A DNA stretch of 62,991 nt, filler included, from Deltaproteobacteria bacterium (GTDB lineage: Bacteria; JAEEML01): the NCBI GenBank assembly GCA_016283195.1. It is 3 parts of 3 records of this genome, joined end to end, with 100 filler letters (N's around TTAATTAATTAA, not from the genome) between each part and the next. Parts side by side here need not be neighbours in the genome. Positions count along the whole stretch, not along the records: positions 1 to 31,823 come from JAEEML010000091.1; 2 more parts are not named here. One strand, written 5' to 3'. The notes beneath the pieces are model-generated. The model made no database searches. It saw nothing but the letters and a program-made list of their open reading frames with translations, and was not told the DNA's origin. The first letter of the stretch is position 1; each line of letters opens with the position of its first letter. Below are positions 9,146-18,208 of the stretch, one piece after another. A program made the translations under genes and the position numbers.

Positions 9146-10295
9146 AGAGCAAGAGCCCTTATCGGTCCTCCATCTTTTGGCTTTTCATCTCTGGAGCGGG
9201 CCGGCTGAGCCCACGGCTAATTTAATACTGGCGCAAAGGGCGGACGGCATAAAGGCCGATATAGCCTGGGATACTGTTCATGCCGAAACCTCCTGCGAGG
9301 AGCCTATTGCTCCGCGCATGGCGGCACTGGGAATTTCTCCGCTACCGGGCCTTGCTCTTTCCCCAAAGTCAAGGCCGTGGGAGCTTTTACAAGATTGGCG
9401 TCATTTAAGACAATTATCATTAAATTATCAAATAATACACACACATATGTCGCATGATCACCAATTGGCTCTCCTTGGCTTTTTGGGAAAAAGAGCGCTT
9501 TTAGTGCGCACCATTCACTCTGCCCGTTCCTTTGGTACCGGCCCGGGCCGCGCTCTGCCGCTAAAGAAGGCCGCCGGAATTATTGTGCCCACAACATTTC
9601 ACCAAGAGTGGCTCACTAAAAACCTGGCTATTCCCGCAGAGAAAATTGCCGTTATTGCGCCGGGCATTGAGAGTGCTTATTGGGGCGAAAATCCCAATGA
9701 AGAGGCGGTAAAAGCGCTTAATTTGCCGCCAGGCCCCAAAGTGGCACTTGTCGCCATGATGCAAAAAGATCGCGGCCATGAGGAGCTTTTGCGCGCTTTT
9801 AGGCAGGTGGTGCAGAATATGCCCAATGCCCAGCTTATTCTGGCCGGGGAGGGTGAGTGTATGCCACATTTTAAAGATCTGGCCGCCGAGCTCGCTATAG
9901 CGCCTAATGTGCATTTTACCGGTTATTTATTAAAAAATGATTTGCGCGCTCTTTACCATAGCCTTGATTTGGCTGTGCTCATCAATACCGGCAACGATCT
10001 TGCGGCCAGAGCTATGGGCGAGGCCTGGGCGGCCGGTGTACCGGTGCTAACACTGGCAACAAGTGATTCATATCTTCAATTGCGCCGTGCGGCTTTACTT
10101 GAGGGAGCTGCCGCCGTTTCGCCGCTTTTAGTGGCGGAGGAGGGCGCGCTTGGGCCGACAATAAGCCACCTTTTAGCTGATAGAGAATTGCTCTTAACTC
10201 TGGGCGCAAAGGCTAAAAATCTGGCGGCCGGGCGCACTATAGATGAAGAATGCGCGGCCACTAGGGCCTTTTATGAGCAAATCATATCCACATAA
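9114..10295 (+). CDS. Glycosyltransferase family 4
   Basis: IIHTHMSHDH, VRTIH, LILAGEG, VHFTG and EAWAAGVPV motifs. The start is uncertain. Confidence 0.78.
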   Translation: MPKSPLTSADKEQEPLSVLHLLAFHLWSGPAEPTANLILAQRADGIKADIAWDTVHAETSCEEPIAPRMAALGISPLPGLALSPKSRPWELLQDWRHLRQLSLNYQIIHTHMSHDHQLALLGFLGKRALLVRTIHSARSFGTGPGRALPLKKAAGIIVPTTFHQEWLTKNLAIPAEKIAVIAPGIESAYWGENPNEEAVKALNLPPGPKVALVAMMQKDRGHEELLRAFRQVVQNMPNAQLILAGEGECMPHFKDLAAELAIAPNVHFTGYLLKNDLRALYHSLDLAVLINTGNDLAARAMGEAWAAGVPVLTLATSDSYLQLRRAALLEGAAAVSPLLVAEEGALGPTISHLLADRELLLTLGAKAKNLAAGRTIDEECAATRAFYEQIIST

Positions 10296-10373
10296 GAATT
10301 TGCTTAATTACAATGCAATTTCCTTTACATTTGTACAAATAGAGAGGATACCGTTCAAAGTCTGGGCAACAAT

Positions 10374-10884
10374 GGGGAACGGGGCTTAATCTCTCTAACA
10401 AAGTCGCATGCTTTAAGGGATTCCAAAGCTCCCGTTCCCCCTTTCACTACAGTAGCTATCTGCAGTGAAAATCAAATCAAAATCAACGTACAAGGGATTC
10501 CAGAAAGCGGCAGGGAGCATTTGAAGTGGCAGATTGGCTGGAGCAATGGCCAGGTGGGGCGGGGAAGGTGGTGATTGTGTTATCTTTTTCTCTTTTCTTA
10601 ACTGCAATGCCCGTTTTTATTCGATACTAGTTATTGATTTTATTCTGTTTCTTTTACTTTTTTGGGGAAAACATCCGCTACTTTCGTTTGCTCAGGTTTT
10701 CCCCAAACCCCTTTCCGCCGCACGACCAAGGGACACCCTTGGAACCCGAGCATTCAATGAAAATGGCTTTGTTTATGGCATGTTACAAAATTATTCACTT
10801 CTTATTTGTCTTAAAAGCCAGAGGCCACACTTGAGAGCGGATCTGGGTAGCCTGCTTCTGGCTTAGCCGGGGCTGCGCCCCGGC
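10374..10884. repeat. Cluster of REP/MITE-like inverted repeats in a convergent intergenic spacer
   Basis: Hairpins at 10374-10440 (GGGGAACGGG...CCCGTTCCCC), 10661-10707 (TTTGGGGAAAAC...GTTTTCCCCAAA) and 10866-10884 (GCCGGGGC-TGC-GCCCCGGC). AAGGGATTCCA occurs twice (about 10415 and 10492). Confidence 0.55.
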
Positions 10885-11081
10885 CCCCACGGGCTCGGTT
10901 ATCATTTGTAAAAGCATGTAAAGCAAAATAGATGAGCCCCTCGCCGCTTGGGAAAGGGAGATAAGTAAAGAGGAAGCGGCCGCGTTTGCGGAAATTGATG
11001 TAAAACTGCTTGATTAGCCGGTAATAGTCTTTTTCTTCCTTCGTTTAATAAAAAATCCTAATAAAAACAGGCAGCTGCCTC

Positions 11082-11864
11082 TTAGTATAAGGCCTTTGAT
11101 GTAGAGAGGAATGAGAAGTTTTCGGCACTTTTTTTTAATCCGCCGTAAAAAAAGCTTTCGGCAAGCATAGGCCCATATAAAGGCATATTTTGTGGCCAGA
11201 TTAGCTCATAGATGGCGGCAGCCTGCAAGTAGAGGCCGTTTTCTTTTAATGTTAGCGCGAGAAGCGCGGCGGCTTTTAGGTCGTCCCCGTGTAAAAGATG
11301 ATAATATTCGGCAAATTTTAAGGCCGCCTCTTTTTGCCCAAGAGCCAAAAGCAATTTTATGTAAATATCGGCAAGGTCAGGAGAAAAGCTATTTATATCA
11401 ATGGATTTTAGCACATTTAGCGCCGGCAGATAGAGCCCATAATCGAGGTAAAGAGCCACTAGTTCCTCTTTTATAGCCAAATCGGCCGGTGCCTTAAGGG
11501 CCAGCTTGCTAAGTTCGGCAAAGGCACCGGCCCCATTACCGCCAAGTCTTAGCGCCCTGCCGAGAGCCAGGGCTATTTCATTACTTTCCGGCAGGGCGCG
11601 GGCCGCCGCGCTGAGCGGCGCTATGGCTTCCCCGGCCCGGCCCATGAGTAACAAGCGGAGCCCCACAAGATATTCTTGATAATGCCCCACCGGCCCAGTG
11701 CCCTGAAAAGAGCTGAGCAGGGCATCCGCTCGGCCGAAGTCGCCGGCTAAGATTAGCTCATAAGCTTCGGCCAGCGGATGCCGGGGCTCCTCATCGGCTC
11801 TTAGCCGGGCCGGGGCAGCGCACAGAAACAGGCAATATAGGATAATAATGACGCGCACTTTCAT
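11082..11864 (-). CDS. Exported TPR-like protein (TtpD-like position in the TonB cluster)
   Basis: Signal peptide and Ala/Leu-rich helical repeats; start overlaps the tonB stop. Confidence 0.65.
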   Translation of the reverse strand: MKVRVIIILYCLFLCAAPARLRADEEPRHPLAEAYELILAGDFGRADALLSSFQGTGPVGHYQEYLVGLRLLLMGRAGEAIAPLSAAARALPESNEIALALGRALRLGGNGAGAFAELSKLALKAPADLAIKEELVALYLDYGLYLPALNVLKSIDINSFSPDLADIYIKLLLALGQKEAALKFAEYYHLLHGDDLKAAALLALTLKENGLYLQAAAIYELIWPQNMPLYGPMLAESFFYGGLKKSAENFSFLSTSKALY

Positions 11865-12499
11865 GGCAGGCGGTACTCGATGGTGCTTTTCCCCAGCACT
11901 TCCACCGGCTGGCCCTTATAGATAGCTGGGGAAAAGCGCCAAGAGGCTACATATTTTAGGCTGTTCTCCTCAAAATAGCCGGCCGGAGAACTGGCGGTAA
12001 TGGCCAGATTGCTCACCGTGCCATCGCTTTTTATATGGTATGTCAGAGTGACATAGCCCTCTATGCGCTCGCGGCGGGCTTTTTCCGGGTAGGTGAGTGG
12101 CGTTCTGGGCAAAACTTTAGCTTTACTTTCCAAAAGTTCCTCAGGAAAGGGCAGGGTACTTAACTCGCCGCTAAGTTTATGCCCGCCGCGCGGCAATATG
12201 CCATTATTGCTCGGCTCAAAATGCAAAGCAGAGAGAGAAGAAGCGGATAATCCGGCACTTCCGGCCTTTATTTGCGCCCGGTGAGCAATCTGCTCTCTCC
12301 GGCCGGCGGGTGCCTCTTGGGCCGAAAGTGCCTGGCTTTTTGGTGGAACTACTGGGGTGATCGGTATTACAACTACTTGGTTTTGCTCGCTCTTTGGCTC
12401 TTTGACGCGTCTTGGAGTGGTGCCTTTCGGCCAGTAGATGGCGCCGATAGTGATAATGGCCAGTATTAAGGCCAGGCTGTAACCAAAAAACTTTTTCAC
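11861..12499 (-). CDS. tonB: Energy transducer TonB
   Basis: N-terminal TM, Pro-rich linker and TonB_C YPEKARRERIEGYV...G.V...WRFSPA. Confidence 0.85.
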   Translation of the reverse strand: MKKFFGYSLALILAIITIGAIYWPKGTTPRRVKEPKSEQNQVVVIPITPVVPPKSQALSAQEAPAGRREQIAHRAQIKAGSAGLSASSLSALHFEPSNNGILPRGGHKLSGELSTLPFPEELLESKAKVLPRTPLTYPEKARRERIEGYVTLTYHIKSDGTVSNLAITASSPAGYFEENSLKYVASWRFSPAIYKGQPVEVLGKSTIEYRLP

Positions 12500-12894
12500 C
12501 GGCGCTCTTCTTCCGTGGCCACGGCGATTTGCTTAAAACCGGCTTTTCGGCAAATATCGGCAATGGCAATGAGTTGCCCGCTGGGCACATTTTTATCACT
12601 AACTAGGAGCATTGTGCTTTCAGGGCGCGCAGCCAGAATTTTTTGCAAATGATTTAAAAGCGCCCAGCTCGGTGTTTCGCGGCCATCAAGCAGCAAAGTG
12701 CCGCTCCGGCCGATAATCAGGCGCACATTTCTTGCGGGCAATGGCGGCATGGCGCTGCTTTCCGGTTTTTCGAGCGGAAAGGCCCGTTCATTTACAAATG
12801 AGGTGCTTACCATAAAAAAGAGTAATAATATAAAGATGATATCCATTAGCGGGCCGAGGTTGATATCCGGGATGTTGTCTTTAAAATCAGCCAT
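12496..12894 (-). CDS. exbD: Biopolymer transporter ExbD/TolR
   Basis: INLGPLMDIIFILLLFFMV retains the conserved TM Asp; SDKNVP motif. Confidence 0.9.
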   Translation of the reverse strand: MADFKDNIPDINLGPLMDIIFILLLFFMVSTSFVNERAFPLEKPESSAMPPLPARNVRLIIGRSGTLLLDGRETPSWALLNHLQKILAARPESTMLLVSDKNVPSGQLIAIADICRKAGFKQIAVATEEERR

Positions 12895-13279
12895 TTATGG
12901 TACCTTTAGCCCCACGTTGTCGCTCCCACAGATATTTCAGTAAGCGACTGGCAATTAGAGTGATGAGAGCCAGTATTAGCCCATCTTTAGTGGAAATGAG
13001 TGCTTCTCCAAGGCCGGCCGCTAAATTTTCCATTTGGCCGCTAAGGCCGTCAAAAGCGATTCTCAGGCCGCGGATAGTGCCCAAAAGGCCCAGGAGCGGA
13101 GCGCTGATGATAATAAGCCCGGTGCTTTTTTGCCAAAATATGCCAAAGGGAGCGCCGTGAAAAAGACGCCCTCCGGAGAGACACTCCAGTATTTGCGCCC
13201 AGATAATGAAGGCAGCGCTGAAGCTAAGTAGTGCTATGGCCCAAAAAACGGGGCCGCCGTAACTAAGTGGCAGAGCCAT
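12887..13279 (-). CDS. exbB: Short MotA/TolQ/ExbB proton channel protein
   Basis: GGPVFW, APLLGLLGTI and GLGEALISTKDGL motifs. Confidence 0.8.
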   Translation of the reverse strand: MALPLSYGGPVFWAIALLSFSAAFIIWAQILECLSGGRLFHGAPFGIFWQKSTGLIIISAPLLGLLGTIRGLRIAFDGLSGQMENLAAGLGEALISTKDGLILALITLIASRLLKYLWERQRGAKGTING

Positions 13280-14297
13280 CTTGTGTGCTTTCCTTATCGG
13301 CTTTAGCTGCTAAAAAAGTAACAATGTGGTGGCTAAAGAGGGCGAGCAGAGCTACAATTAGCCCCAGTTCGGTAGTGATAAGAGCCTCAGATATGCCTTG
13401 CGAAAGAGCCGCCGGATCGGCACTTCCCGTGCCCCTGCCAAGCACATTAAAGGTGGCCATAATGCCTAGTATAGTGCCCAAAAGCCCCATGAGCGGCGCG
13501 GCAGTTGCAATAAGAGCCAGAGTTTTGATAAAGCTATGGATACTTTTTTTAGATTTTCTATTTTTTCTAATGGCAAAAGAAATAAGGTGCCAGATAAGGA
13601 TAAAAGCGCTGCTAAGGCCCAAGGCAAAAATGGGCCAGGAAAGCACGCCGCCGGCGCGCATATAGCTAAAAAAACTCTCCTTTTTGGGACTTGCGGCGTC
13701 TTTAAACGCTATGGGGTAAAAGGGATGGGTAAAGGTTTCTTCCGGCGCTTTTACTTGCCACTTACGGCTGTTATTTATGAGCGGCATAGGGGGATCTTCC
13801 AAGGCAATAGCGGCAATTTGGCCTATTTGATAAATCCGGCCGCTTTTTTCCTCTCCGCTGGCGGCAAAATAGCTGCCCTCGCGTTTAGTGAGGGTTCTGG
13901 CCATAAGTTCGCTTTCCCAGGCTGCTTGCAATTTGGCCATAGGAGGCCATTCTCCGGCCTCTTTGGGGCTTATTTTATCAAATCCCGGGGCCAGATTGTT
14001 TTCTCCAGCGCCGGCTGTGGCAAAGACCTCGCGTTCTTTTAAAAGGCGAATGGTTGTTTCCAAATCGCTGTTGGCACTATTAAGCTCATATAGTCGCAGC
14101 TGTTTTTGCTCACTTTCAGCTACTAACTTGGCACAGCCGGCTTTGTGTTCCATGGCCTCATTTTTTATCAGGAGCTCAATTTTTTGTAATTCATTTTTTA
14201 AATGAGTTTTTTCGGCGGCAAAAAGATCTTCAGCTTTAGCTCCCTCATTGGCCGCCAGGAAAATAATTGTGCAGCAAATGGGCAAAAAATTAGTCAT
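13263..14297 (-). CDS. Long MotA/TolQ/ExbB protein with a periplasmic N-terminal domain (TtpC-like)
   Basis: Signal peptide, coiled coil, G.F.AASGEEKSGRIYQIG, then GGVLSWP, APLMGLLGTILG and GISEALITTELGL. Confidence 0.8.
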   Translation of the reverse strand: MTNFLPICCTIIFLAANEGAKAEDLFAAEKTHLKNELQKIELLIKNEAMEHKAGCAKLVAESEQKQLRLYELNSANSDLETTIRLLKEREVFATAGAGENNLAPGFDKISPKEAGEWPPMAKLQAAWESELMARTLTKREGSYFAASGEEKSGRIYQIGQIAAIALEDPPMPLINNSRKWQVKAPEETFTHPFYPIAFKDAASPKKESFFSYMRAGGVLSWPIFALGLSSAFILIWHLISFAIRKNRKSKKSIHSFIKTLALIATAAPLMGLLGTILGIMATFNVLGRGTGSADPAALSQGISEALITTELGLIVALLALFSHHIVTFLAAKADKESTQDGSAT

Positions 14298-15049
14298 GGT
14301 GTAGCCAGTTTATTGGGAGAAGGTAAAAGCAAGTGGTCTTCTAAGCGGCAGTTAGTCGTTTGGCAAAGTTTTAGAAGCTGATCGATAAACCTGCGCTCGG
14401 CGGCAGCTTCCGGCGCCAGCTCCTCCCGGTGACAACCGTTTTTATCATGGTATAAAAAGCCATAATGAGTTTGATTGCGGTAATAAAGCAAGGTGTCACC
14501 AAAGTTTACTACCTCGGCCAATATGGTTTTCCCGCCGATATCAATAGGCTCCAGCCCGGCGTAAATTTCTCCGGCTTTCTGGTGAAATTCCAATAATAAT
14601 GAGCTTAATAAATAGGCTGCTTCACTGGGGGAAAACTCTTTTTGACGCAAATTATCGCTTAATTCATTGAGGCGTGCTTTTAGCGTCAGGTGGCCAAAAC
14701 AACGCTTGGCTATTAGCTCTTTTTGCCAGTTTGAAATGAGCGTCAGCCACTCTTCCCGCTCTTCATCAAGGCTCAAATTGCGCAGTTTTTCTTTTTCTTC
14801 CAAAGCTAAGAGCTCTTTTTTTAAAAGTTTTTGCCGATTATCGGCCAGTTTTAAATCACGGTTCAGTTCGGAGAGCACAAGCTGCCAATTTTTCAGCTCT
14901 TCATGATTAGTATAGCGCTCCATAACCAGCTCTTGTTCCCGCTTTTCCAAATCAAGGCGCAGCTCGGTGATTATAGCAGCCTCTTTTGACCAGGATTCAG
15001 CCGGTATAAGAGGAATGGAACTAGCTAAAAAGAGTAAAAAAACAGCCAT
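14294..15049 (-). CDS. DUF3450-like exported coiled-coil protein (TtpB-like)
   Basis: Signal peptide, long coiled coil and EVVNFGDTLLYY; occupies the canonical position upstream of the long MotA gene. Confidence 0.6.
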   Translation of the reverse strand: MAVFLLFLASSIPLIPAESWSKEAAIITELRLDLEKREQELVMERYTNHEELKNWQLVLSELNRDLKLADNRQKLLKKELLALEEKEKLRNLSLDEEREEWLTLISNWQKELIAKRCFGHLTLKARLNELSDNLRQKEFSPSEAAYLLSSLLLEFHQKAGEIYAGLEPIDIGGKTILAEVVNFGDTLLYYRNQTHYGFLYHDKNGCHREELAPEAAAERRFIDQLLKLCQTTNCRLEDHLLLPSPNKLATP

Positions 15050-15769
15050 TTAGAAGGTGTAACGAACAGTAGGCGTAATGGCCAGAGCAGGAATTTTAGC
15101 TGGCAAAACAAGATAAAATGATATATCCAGGCCGGCGGTAAAATCGGTGAGCAAGGTAATGTATTTTACGCCAAAACCGGCGGCAATATGGCCTTGCCAG
15201 CCGCTTTCCTGATTGGGATCTTTGCGCAAAGAGCGGGGAAGCGGGGATATTCTTGTGGTGCCGCCGCCGAGTTTTAATTCTAAACCCACCCGTTCATGGG
15301 GCATAAACATCCCCACCAGTTGCAGGCCTAAATTGGTGAGCTGACAACTGGGAATGCCGTTGGAAAACTTATTTTTGTCATCTTGCGGGCCGACAGCATT
15401 GTTGGAATCAAAACCATTGGCTACAGATAGTTGCAAAGAGAGCCACTTGTTAAAGTCATAGCCCAAATTAAAACCGATATATGGTTGCAGATTGGAATGG
15501 CCGCGCTCACCGGCAAAAGTGAGAAAAAAGCCAATATCGGTAGCGATATAAAAACCGCGTTGTACTTTTACCTCGGCCACCAGTTTGCCGCGCTCTCCCT
15601 GTTCGGCGCGGGCTTCCTGCGCCAGTTGCTGCTCAATGGCATCGGCCTCGTTATCGGAAACAACAGCCGGAGTGCCGGCCGGCCCCTCCGGCAGAGAGTC
15701 TGCCTTCAGCGGCGAACGGCCAATTAGCATGGCCAGCATTAAAGGGATAAAAATCTTTTTAAACATCAT
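15050..15769 (-). CDS. cglE: Outer-membrane beta-barrel protein, CglE/GltH (NfsH)-like
   Basis: VQRGFYIATDIGFFLTFAG..SNLQPYIGFNLGYD, C-terminal VRYTF; lies immediately downstream of gltG. Confidence 0.72.
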   Translation of the reverse strand: MMFKKIFIPLMLAMLIGRSPLKADSLPEGPAGTPAVVSDNEADAIEQQLAQEARAEQGERGKLVAEVKVQRGFYIATDIGFFLTFAGERGHSNLQPYIGFNLGYDFNKWLSLQLSVANGFDSNNAVGPQDDKNKFSNGIPSCQLTNLGLQLVGMFMPHERVGLELKLGGGTTRISPLPRSLRKDPNQESGWQGHIAAGFGVKYITLLTDFTAGLDISFYLVLPAKIPALAITPTVRYTF

Positions 15770-15805
15770 CTTAAGCTCCTGTGAGCATTAGCCAAAACGC
15801 GGTTA

Positions 15806-17851
15806 TCAGTCCGAACGTTTAAAAAGCCAGGGATAGTTGACATCAACAGCCCCACCACCGCGCGGATTGGGGAAGACCAGGCGATTGATAACTTGCAAAA
15901 CACAGCTTTCTACATTGCTATCATTCATCGTTGTTTGCGAGATAGATGATTGAATGACTCGCCCATTGGGGCCGATTTTAAAGGTGGCGACTATTTTGCC
16001 ATAGAGATTAGGCTTGTTTTGCAACTCTTTTTCATAACAATAGCGGATTTGGCTTTCGGCGCGTTGCAATACTTTGGCTACTTCGGCTTTGGAAAGACCG
16101 CCCTCAACGACAGAACGCCCAGCCGAGACAGAATAAGTGCTTTTCCCGCGGCCGGCCAGACCAACATTGCCTCCGCCGCCACCCAGGCCGCCACCGCCAC
16201 TACCTGAGCCTAGGCCGCCAATGCCGAGTCCGCCGCTGCCATAAGCGCCGCCTGTACCACGGCTACCAAGTCCGCCGGCGCCGCCGGCATCTTCAACACT
16301 TGGTCCTTGTAAAGTAGCTACGGCATTATTGATACCGGCGCCGAGACCACCGCCGGAGAAGACCGAAGCGGCACCTTTGCTGCCTTTTAGAGCCGAGAAA
16401 ATGCCGGAACTAAGAGCCCGTTTTTGGTCGCGTTCGCGTTTGTCCAAATCAACAGCCGGGCCCTTCTTGCCGGAAGCCAGAACCTTCTTTTCTTCTACTT
16501 TGCCGAACTTTTCGCGCTCGGTGGTTTTTGTGGTCTGCTGCTGCACTTTTTCTATTTTGGCTTGCAATTTAAAATCGTCTTTGGCCTTTTTCACCGGCGG
16601 TGGGGCAATTATTAAATTGGCAAAACGGTCCGGATCCTGGAAAAGTTTGGTTTCGAGGCCTGCCGGCATTTGCGGAGTAAAAAGCAAAGCCAAAACGAGA
16701 AAAATATGGGCTATCAAGCTTATAGCCACAACTTTGGAAAAGTAAAAATCCAAAGTGTTAGCCACATTTATAGGGAGCCAGCGAGCCGGCGCCACATAGC
16801 GAATAATAAAAGTAATTTCACCTACTTGTAATGAGATTCTATCGCTTAAGGCCAAGGGATAACGATAAATTCCTTTGGTGCCGGGGTAGGGAACATGAGC
16901 CACTTTGCCGGCGCGCAAAAGAGTATTTTTATCGCCTAAAACCTGCCCCAAACCATCGGTGATAAGGAGATTCATTTGGTCGGTGAATTGCAGAATATGG
17001 CCGCCATTTTCGGCTACGACAAAGGGAAAACGGTCGCTGCCGATGAGCTCTTTGGTCTCTATTCTGAATTCGTTTTTTTTATCATCGCCAATGTAAATGG
17101 ATTCCGGCTTGGTATGGTGAGAAACAGCCATGAGCTGCTCGCCCCAAAGCATTGAAATTTCCAGCACTTTGTTGTCTGGACGCGGGGCTTCGTCAGGTGC
17201 TTGTGAAGCGCTTTTTGCAGCCACAGGGGCAGTAAAAGCCTGGGCCGGCTTAATAACTTCGGCCCTTGGAGTATTATGAGCAGGTGCTACATTGCGCAGC
17301 GGTGCTGCATCACGCGTTTGCAGCGCAACATGAAGCGGTGCAGCCTCATGAACCGGGGCGGCTTCGCGAAGCTGGCCCCCGGCAACGTGCGCGGCGGAAA
17401 GCTGAACCGGGTTTTGTAACTCTTCAGCTTCTGTTGGCGTATCTTCATCTTCCAGCGCCGCCATTGATGGAGCCTTGGGTGCCTCTTCTACCGGTGTTGA
17501 TTCTTCTTCCAGCGGCGCCGGAGCGGCTACATGCTGAACCGCTTTTTCGGCTTTTATTTTTACCCGCATCTCCGCGCGGCCGATGGAGATAATATCTTTG
17601 GCGGAAACAGGAGTGGTGTTATTGATACGCACACCATTGACATAAGTGCCATTGGTGCTGCCCAGATCCTGAATGGTCAGTGTATGGCCATTTAGTTTCA
17701 GGAGGGCATGGACGCCGCTAACGCCCTGGGCCTGAATAACGAGGTCGTTATTGGCTCCGCGCCCAATCATTATTGTTTCTTGGGCAAATTCCCTATTGCT
17801 GGCATGCCCCTCAATAATTATTCTGGTTAATATTTTAGGATTACTGGCCAT
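15806..17851 (-). CDS. gltG: GltG/PglI (NfsG)-like protein: FHA domain, TM, Gly-rich linker, TonB-C/AgmX-type C-terminus
   Basis: FHA motifs IGR...VSGVHA...DLGSTNGT; LEISMLWG; C-terminal GLSK...IRYCYEKEL...GKI...F.IG...FPNPRGG..VNYPWLF. Confidence 0.85.
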   Translation of the reverse strand: MASNPKILTRIIIEGHASNREFAQETIMIGRGANNDLVIQAQGVSGVHALLKLNGHTLTIQDLGSTNGTYVNGVRINNTTPVSAKDIISIGRAEMRVKIKAEKAVQHVAAPAPLEEESTPVEEAPKAPSMAALEDEDTPTEAEELQNPVQLSAAHVAGGQLREAAPVHEAAPLHVALQTRDAAPLRNVAPAHNTPRAEVIKPAQAFTAPVAAKSASQAPDEAPRPDNKVLEISMLWGEQLMAVSHHTKPESIYIGDDKKNEFRIETKELIGSDRFPFVVAENGGHILQFTDQMNLLITDGLGQVLGDKNTLLRAGKVAHVPYPGTKGIYRYPLALSDRISLQVGEITFIIRYVAPARWLPINVANTLDFYFSKVVAISLIAHIFLVLALLFTPQMPAGLETKLFQDPDRFANLIIAPPPVKKAKDDFKLQAKIEKVQQQTTKTTEREKFGKVEEKKVLASGKKGPAVDLDKRERDQKRALSSGIFSALKGSKGAASVFSGGGLGAGINNAVATLQGPSVEDAGGAGGLGSRGTGGAYGSGGLGIGGLGSGSGGGGLGGGGGNVGLAGRGKSTYSVSAGRSVVEGGLSKAEVAKVLQRAESQIRYCYEKELQNKPNLYGKIVATFKIGPNGRVIQSSISQTTMNDSNVESCVLQVINRLVFPNPRGGGAVDVNYPWLFKRSD

Positions 17852-17864
17852 TTAAAAACCCTAA

Positions 17865-18122
17865 TTAAAACATATCCACGGAATTAAAAAGCTCGGGATT
17901 AAAATTAGAACGAATCTGAATTAACTGACTGAATTTAGTGCGTTTTCTGTTAACAACATAACTTGATTCCGGCTTGGTCAATTCACCTTGAATGGTTACA
18001 TCGGAGAAATCAATAACTGTTTGTTTTTTATAAACAACTTTTGTATCGCTTTCTTGAGCTGAGGCTGCCGGTATCAAGACAAAGGCAGCGCAAAGAGCTA
18101 ATAACAAGGTATATTTCTTCAT
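17865..18122 (-). CDS. cglF: Adventurous gliding motility protein CglF/GltF (NfsF)-like
   Basis: Signal peptide followed by KKQTVIDFSDVTIQGELTKPESSYV...F..LIQIRSNF.PEL; lies between gltE and gltG. Confidence 0.85.
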   Translation of the reverse strand: MKKYTLLLALCAAFVLIPAASAQESDTKVVYKKQTVIDFSDVTIQGELTKPESSYVVNRKRTKFSQLIQIRSNFNPELFNSVDMF

Positions 18123-18208
18123 CGTAACCCCCCAGAAACCGCAGACGCTATTTTATACGAGTGCCTCACCAATAGACAAACACTTTTTGCGCTTCCCGGC
18201 ATGATATT

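Noticed and set aside
10413-10866. Short ORFs in the 10.3-11.1 kb spacer
   Set aside because: They have no RBS or family motifs and overlap palindromic repeats, so they are likely non-coding.
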